Assembly: GCF_009914755.1 (NCBI RefSeq)
Contig: NC_060933.1
DNA: 64,000 bases
DNA from: the human T2T-CHM13v2.0 reference genome, Homo sapiens
Reading direction: 5' to 3' (one strand)
A program made the position numbers and the translations under genes. Within the stretch, counting starts at the first letter, position 1. Each line of letters opens with the position of its first letter. Positions 58,008 through 64,000 of the stretch are shown piece after piece. The notes beneath the pieces were generated by a model, which was not told the origin of the DNA, did not search any database, and saw nothing but the letters and a program-made list of their open reading frames with translations.

Positions 58008-58277
58008 TCTTTATTTATTTTAAATAAAAAAATTGACAGGTAAAATCGTATGCATTCACACCATGTACAGCTTGTTGTATTAAAGTATATATACATTGTG
58101 TAATGACTAAATCTTGCTAGTTAACATATGTATTATTACCTCACAAAGTTATTATTATTTTTTGGTGAGAACACTTTAATTCATTCTCTTAGCATTTTTC
58201 AAGCATAAAATTATTATTAACTATAGCTACCATGTTGCACAATAAATTTCTTAAATTGATTCCTCCTATTTAACTGA
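58008..58277 (-). mobile_element. L1MA-type 3' end
   Basis: 'aattgacaggtaaaatcgtatg...tacctcacaaagttatt...gctaccatgttgcacaata'. Confidence 0.75.
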
Positions 58278-59159
58278 TCTTTTCTTATTTTTAAGAGGGA
58301 GAATTAAGACTCTTATTTTGAAATTTTAAGTGTTCTTATAATATTTATTTTATAGTTAACATTGTTTTAATTTTGATTCACTTGTTTTTTTTGGGGGGGG
58401 TGGGTTTGTGGAGCGGAGGGGGGATAAAATGTACTATTTTCAGGAATTAGTTTGGCACTAGAATGAGACAGGGCCTGGTATCTGTCCCTGGCTTTGAGGG
58501 GCAAACTCAGAGCGGGGAGTAGCAGTGGGATCCAGGGACTTTAGTAATCTGTAACACTTGGTTAGCACTAGGAGGCTGGGCTGAGGGAGCTGGAGGGCTC
58601 AGCATGGGGTGGAGTTGAAATGAGTCCAGAAAGGTTTTGGGGATAAGCCCCAAGTCCACCCAAGCAAGCAGACTTGCCATTCTGTCTGTGGGTCTGAAGC
58701 CCCCAGTCACTGGAAGGAGGCCCAGAGACAGGACTCCAGACCTTCCAGTGAAACTCTAATGAGAGCAAGGCAGGGTATGGTCAATGGAGGGAGATTAGGA
58801 ACTCAAAGCTCAAGATAGGGATGGATGTAACTGATAACTATTGCTTCCACTCTGTCTGCCACCGTTAGTCCATCATCAGGAGCATCAAGCTTTCAATGAA
58901 TTGAGTTGAAATGGCAATTTTTACGTAGTGAATTATGGGCTGCCCTTTGAATTACTACTCATGTTTTCTGATTGTAGAACTATCATATTTTTAGAAAATA
59001 TCACTGTGGAAACCAATGGCTCTATTAACAACAGGAAACAACTCAAACTGGCCTAAGCCAGAAGGAGAATTGGTTTAGTAAAAGGCAGAGAGGAGCTATC
59101 TTCAAGAATAAACCCAGGGATTCAGACGATGCCATCAAATTACTATCTCCCCTTTCCAT

Positions 59160-59897
59160 TTCTTTTTATTTTTAATTGACATACTAATTTTATAGATTTA
59201 TGGGTATGATGTTTCAATATGTGTATATATTGTGTAATGATTAAGAGCAATTAGTATATTCATTACTTCAAATATTTATCATTTCTTTGTGGTTGTAACA
59301 TAATTCTTCTAGCTATTTTGAGATATACAATACTTTATGGTTGACTCTAGTCACCTTACCGTGCAACAGGATACCAGGATGTATTCTTCCTTTCTAATTG
59401 TAATTTTGTACCTATTAACTATCTTCTCCCTATTCCCACCTTCCCCCCCATCCCCAGTCTCTGGCAACCACTCTTCTATTCACTACTTCTATGAGATCAA
59501 CTTTTTTAGATTCTGCATATGAGTGAGAACATGTAATATATGTCTTTCTGTGCCTGGCTTATTTCACTTAATGTCATGACCTCCAAGTTCATCCATGTTG
59601 TCACAAATGACAGGATTGCATTCTTTTTTATGGGTGAATAGTATTCCATCATGTATATACATCATACTTTCTTCATTCATTAATCTGTTGTTGGACTGTT
59701 AGGTTGATTCTATGTCTTGGCTATTGTGTATAGTGCTGCAATAAACAGAGAGTGCAGATATCTCTTCAACATACTGATTTTATATCCTTCGGATATTCAC
59801 TCAGTAGTGGGATTCCTGAATCATATGATAGTTCCATTTTTGATTTTTTGAGGAATTTCCCTACTGTTTTCTATAATGGTCATACCAATTTACATTC
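59160..59897 (-). mobile_element. L1MA4/5-like 3' end
   Basis: Antisense 3'UTR and ORF2 end, stopping at 'ccaatttacattc'. Confidence 0.85.
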
Positions 59898-62800
59898 AAA
59901 TCAATAAATGTGATACATCACAATAACAGAAACAAGGACAAAGGCCATATGATCATTTTAATAGATGCAGAAAAAGCATTTAACAAAGTTCAACATCCCT
60001 TCCTGGTGAAAACACATAGTACCGAAAGTCCCAGCAAGAGCAATTAAACAAGAGAAAGAAATAACAGACATTCAAATTGGAAAGAAGAAAGTCAAATTGT
60101 CCCTGTTTGCAGAAGACACAATCTTATATCTAGAAAACCCTAAAGTTTCCACCAAAAAACTGTTAGAACTAATGAATTCAGTAAAGTTGGAGAATACAAA
60201 ATCAATGTACAAAAATCAGTAGCATTTCTATATACTAATAGTGAACTATCTGAAAAGAAAATCCAGAAAACAATTTCATTTGCAATAGCTACGAAAAAGA
60301 TACTTAGGAATAAATATTTAGCCAAGGGAGTAAAAAGTCTCTACACTGGAACTATAAATCATTGATGAAAGAAATGAAAGAGGACACAAATAAATGAAAA
60401 GATATTTCGTATTCATGGATTGGGAGAATTAATATTGTTAAAATGTCCATACTACCCAAAGCAGTCTATAGATTCAATGCAATCACTATCAAAATACCGA
60501 TGACATTCTCTAAAGAAATTGAAAAAAAAACTAAAATTCATAAAGAACCACAGAAGGCCATAAATAGTAAAATAAAAGCAATTTCTGGCAAACAACAACA
60601 ACAACAACAAAAACAAAAACAAAGCTGGAGGCATCACACTACCTGACTTAAAAATCTAATACAAAGCTATAGTAACACAAACAACATGGTACTGGCATAA
60701 AAACAGACACATAGACCAATTGAATGGTATACAGAGCCCAGAAATAAATCCACACATTTACAGACAACCAATTTTTGACAAAGGTATTGATGGCAGCAGT
60801 GGCCAGTCTGGAGCAGCTGCTGCAAAGATGCCAGCTGTGGCAGGGGAGGTGTGACTGGGGCTGTGTGCTGTGTGGATCCAATAGGAGCTGAGAACAGGCA
60901 GAAGCCCCACCCCTGTCTAAGTAGGCATTCCTGCACTCTTGGGGGCTCAGGAATCTTCCTTGCTCCTGCAGGTTGGAAATACTTGCTCCTGCTGCCAGGA
61001 GCCCTTGCTCTTGGTGCCCACTCTGATTTCGGAGCAATGTTGAGGCCGAGCCTGGGTACTGTTGCCACCCAGCCAAGTGTGCATGTGCTCGGGGAAGTGC
61101 TGACACACCAATGCCCTGTTGCCTTGGCTCCCTCCAGACTTTGGGTGCCAAAGAGCACAGGAGGGAGGCCAAAGTGGGGCCAAAGAGCACAGGAGGGAGG
61201 CCAAGGGGAGGCCAAGGAGGGCAGCTTGGCATGGGCCTGCAGGCACCCCTCAGCATGAACAGCCTGGGTTTCATGGATGGCAGGTTGATGGTGGCAGGAG
61301 GCAGACAGGCTCCTGAGTAGAAAGAGGTGGGTCCCCAGTGCAGCCCTATCTTCAGGCCCGGGTTGGCTTGAAGCCTGGGGGCCAGGCTGCCAGTTCCATG
61401 GACAAGAGTGAGAACTTGTGGTGCTTTTTCTGGGCCCACCCATGGCTTCCTCTGGACCAATCAGCATGTACTTCCTCCCCTCTGAAGCCCCCCAAAACCC
61501 TAGATTCAGCCAGATTTGGGCAGATATTGGGATGACCTGTCTGCAGGGTGGAGCTACCCACTGTGGGTCTCTGCTCTGCTGAGAGCTGAGCAGACATGGG
61601 GTCGACCTCCCTGAGGAGAGGAGCTACCCACTGTGGGTCTTCTCTCTGCTGAGAGCTGAGCAGATGTAGAGATGACCTGTGTGAGGAGAGGAGCTACCCA
61701 CTGTGGGTCTTCTCTCTCTGAGAGCTGAGCACATGATGGGATGACCTGCCTGCGGAGACGAGCTACACACCGAGGGTCTCCTCTGAACTGTTCTGTTGCT
61801 CAATAAAGCACCTCTTCACCTTGCTCGCTCTCCACTTGTCCACATACCTCATTCTTCCTTGACACAGGATAAGAACTTGGGGACCCCTGAATGGTGGGGT
61901 TGAAAGAACTATAATACAAACACGGCTGAAACATGCCCCTTGCTCACTACATTGTGGGTGATGAGAAGGAGAGGACAGAAGAAGAGAAGAGCTGTGGCAC
62001 TTTGGGGATCTCAGACCTAGGAGCTCCCAAGCCAGAGCCATGACACCCACTTTGGGACTCCACAATTCGTGGCATCTCTAAGCATCCAGGTGCCACTGCA
62101 TTCCCTGGTGCCAGCTGTGGAAGCTGCTTGCCATACGCCTGGTCCAGCCGCAGCCTCACAGGGAGCTGGCATCCATGCTGGTGCCTGGAGCTGCCTGCCC
62201 CACCACAGCTGGCATGCCTGGCTGTGCACAGTGGCTGGACCCTGTGCTCACTCACTCATGCACCCCTTACCACTCTGTGCCTGGGTCACCCTTGGCAGGT
62301 GTGGGATCCGGGCTGGTAGCATGAGCCAGGTGCACCTGCCAGGCCGAGTGGGTGGAACAAGCCTAGTGGGCCTGAGCAAAACTCGAGCAAAGGTGTCACC
62401 AGCCACAAAGGTTTCCAGCTGGTGAAGCAACACCCCAAGGATCCTGTCACAGTGTCAAGAACACCCAGTCTCTTCAATAAATTGCACTGGGAAAATTGGA
62501 TATCCACCTGCAGAAGAATAACACTGGACCCCTCCCTTTCACCATATACAAAAATCAACTCAAAATGAATCAAAGACTTAAATGTAAGACCCCAAACTAT
62601 AAAACTACTGTTAGAAAACATTAGGAAAATGCCTCCTCATATTGGACTAGGCAATGAGTTTTTGGATAAGACCTCAACAGCACAGGCAACCAAAGCAAAA
62701 ATAGACAAATGGGATTACATCAAACTAAAAAGCTGCTGCACAGCAAAGGAAACAACAAGTAAAGAGACAATCTACAAAATTGGAGAAAATACTTACAAAC

Positions 62801-63837
62801 TATACATCTGATAAGGGGTTAATAAATAGTATAAGGAGCTCAAACAGCTCAATAGCAAAAAAACCCCACCATCACCCCTAAAAAAGAAAAAAACAACCCA
62901 TAATTCAATTAAAAAATGGGCACATACAAATGGCAAACAGTTATATGAAAAGGTGATCAACATCATTGATCAATAGAGAGATGCAAATCAAAATTACCAT
63001 GAGATATCTTCTCACCCCAGTTAAAATGACATTTATCCTAAAGACAGGCAATAAACGCTGGCAAGGATGTGGAAAAAAGGGAACCCTCTTACACTGTTGG
63101 TGGTAATGTAAATTAGTACAATTACTATGGAGAACAGTTTTGAGGTTCCTCAAAAAACTAAAAATTGAGCTATCAGGTAATCCAGCAATCCCACTGCTAG
63201 CTATATACCTCAAAAGAAAGGAAATTAGTATTTTGGAGAGATATCTGCACTCTCATGTTTATTGCAGCACTATTCACAATAGCCAAGATTTGGAAACAAC
63301 CCAAGTGCCCATCAACAGATGACTGGATAAAGACAATGTGGTACACATACACAATGAAGTACTATTCATAAAAAAGAATGAGATCCTGTGATTGGCAACA
63401 ACATGGATGCAACTGGAGGACATTATGTTAAGTGAAATAAGCCAGGCACAGAAAGACAAACTTCACATGTTCTCACTTATCTGTGGGAGCCAAAAATGAA
63501 AACACTGGAACTCATGGAGTAGAATTGTGGTTACCAGAGGTTAGGAAATGTAGAGTGTGTGTGTGGGGAGGTAGGCGGGATGTGGGATGGTTAATGGGTA
63601 CAAAAAAATGGAAATAATCAATAAGATCTAGTATTTGATAGCCCAATAGGGTGACTATAGTTAATAATAATTTAATTGTACATTTAAAGATAACTAAAAG
63701 AGTATAATTGGATGGTTTATAATACAAAGGATAAATGGTTGAGGTGATTTATACCTAATTTACCCTGATGTGATTATTACACATTATTACACATGCCTGT
63801 ATCAAAATATCCCATGTACCCCACAAACATATATACC
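59898..63837 (+). mobile_element. L1MA ORF2 and 3'UTR (L1MA2/3-like end), interrupted by MER52
   Basis: Decayed RT ('gtttgcagaagac'), [12 protein letters not shown] and 3'UTR; internal deletions near 60015 and 62921. Confidence 0.85.
60788..62451 (+). mobile_element. MER52-family solo LTR (ERV1)
   Basis: 'tgatggcagcagtggccagtctggagcagc...atcctgtcaca'; TSD gtat / gtgt; internal ~70-bp tandem repeats; AATAAA at 61802. Confidence 0.88.
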
Positions 63838-64000
63838 TGAAGTGGCATCATTGTCTGGGGTAAATACCCGAGGTTCATCATCTTATGCCAGGAAAATTGA
63901 GGACGGGGACACACAAGAAGTGAGTTAAAGATCAGAGATTTAATAGGAGAAAGAAAGAGAAAAGAGACTAGCTCTCTTGCAGAGAGAGAGTGGCTCCCAA
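63838..64000 (-). mobile_element. MER61-like LTR (runs off the window)
   Basis: 'tgaagtggcatcattgtctggggtaaatacccgaggttc'. Confidence 0.6.

Noticed and set aside
58393-58423. Potential G-quadruplex
   Set aside because: It needs a 13-nt loop and such tracts are common.
61545-61790. Repeat array resembling CRISPR
   Set aside because: The units are tandem with no unique spacers, there are no cas genes, and the context is a eukaryotic LTR.
60648-62621. Long GC-rich ORFs (270 aa, 266 aa and others)
   Set aside because: They lie in the MER52 LTR, are open in several overlapping frames and show no recognisable domain.

Overview
Repeat-dense primate genomic DNA, probably human or another ape (it contains AluY and an L1PA2/3-type 3' end). 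I found no recognisable host protein-coding exon, tRNA, full rRNA gene or CRISPR array. Most of the window is nested transposable elements: two L1PA copies with 5'UTRs but large deletions, a 5'-inverted L1PA, older L1M fragments, many Alus, MIR/L2, a full THE1A provirus, solo LTRs (THE1, MLT1, MLT2, MER34, MER52, MER61-like) and DNA transposons (MER30, MER82, Tigger3a, MER8-like, MER63, MADE1). Every ORF I could recognise is TE-derived. Most L1s lie on the - strand, which fits an intron of a + strand gene. I see no evidence for a new multi-gene system. The most interesting signals are integration and repair oddities: an L1-5'-half/Alu-3'-half chimera inside one TSD pair, an open ORF0 homologue with a strong splice donor, a possible 5S rRNA snippet at an L1 5' junction, two local templated insertions, an in-frame RT-less L1, and candidate regulatory palindromes and motifs. 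All subfamily calls come from remembered consensus sequences, not from a RepeatMasker run, and boundaries of old elements are approximate.
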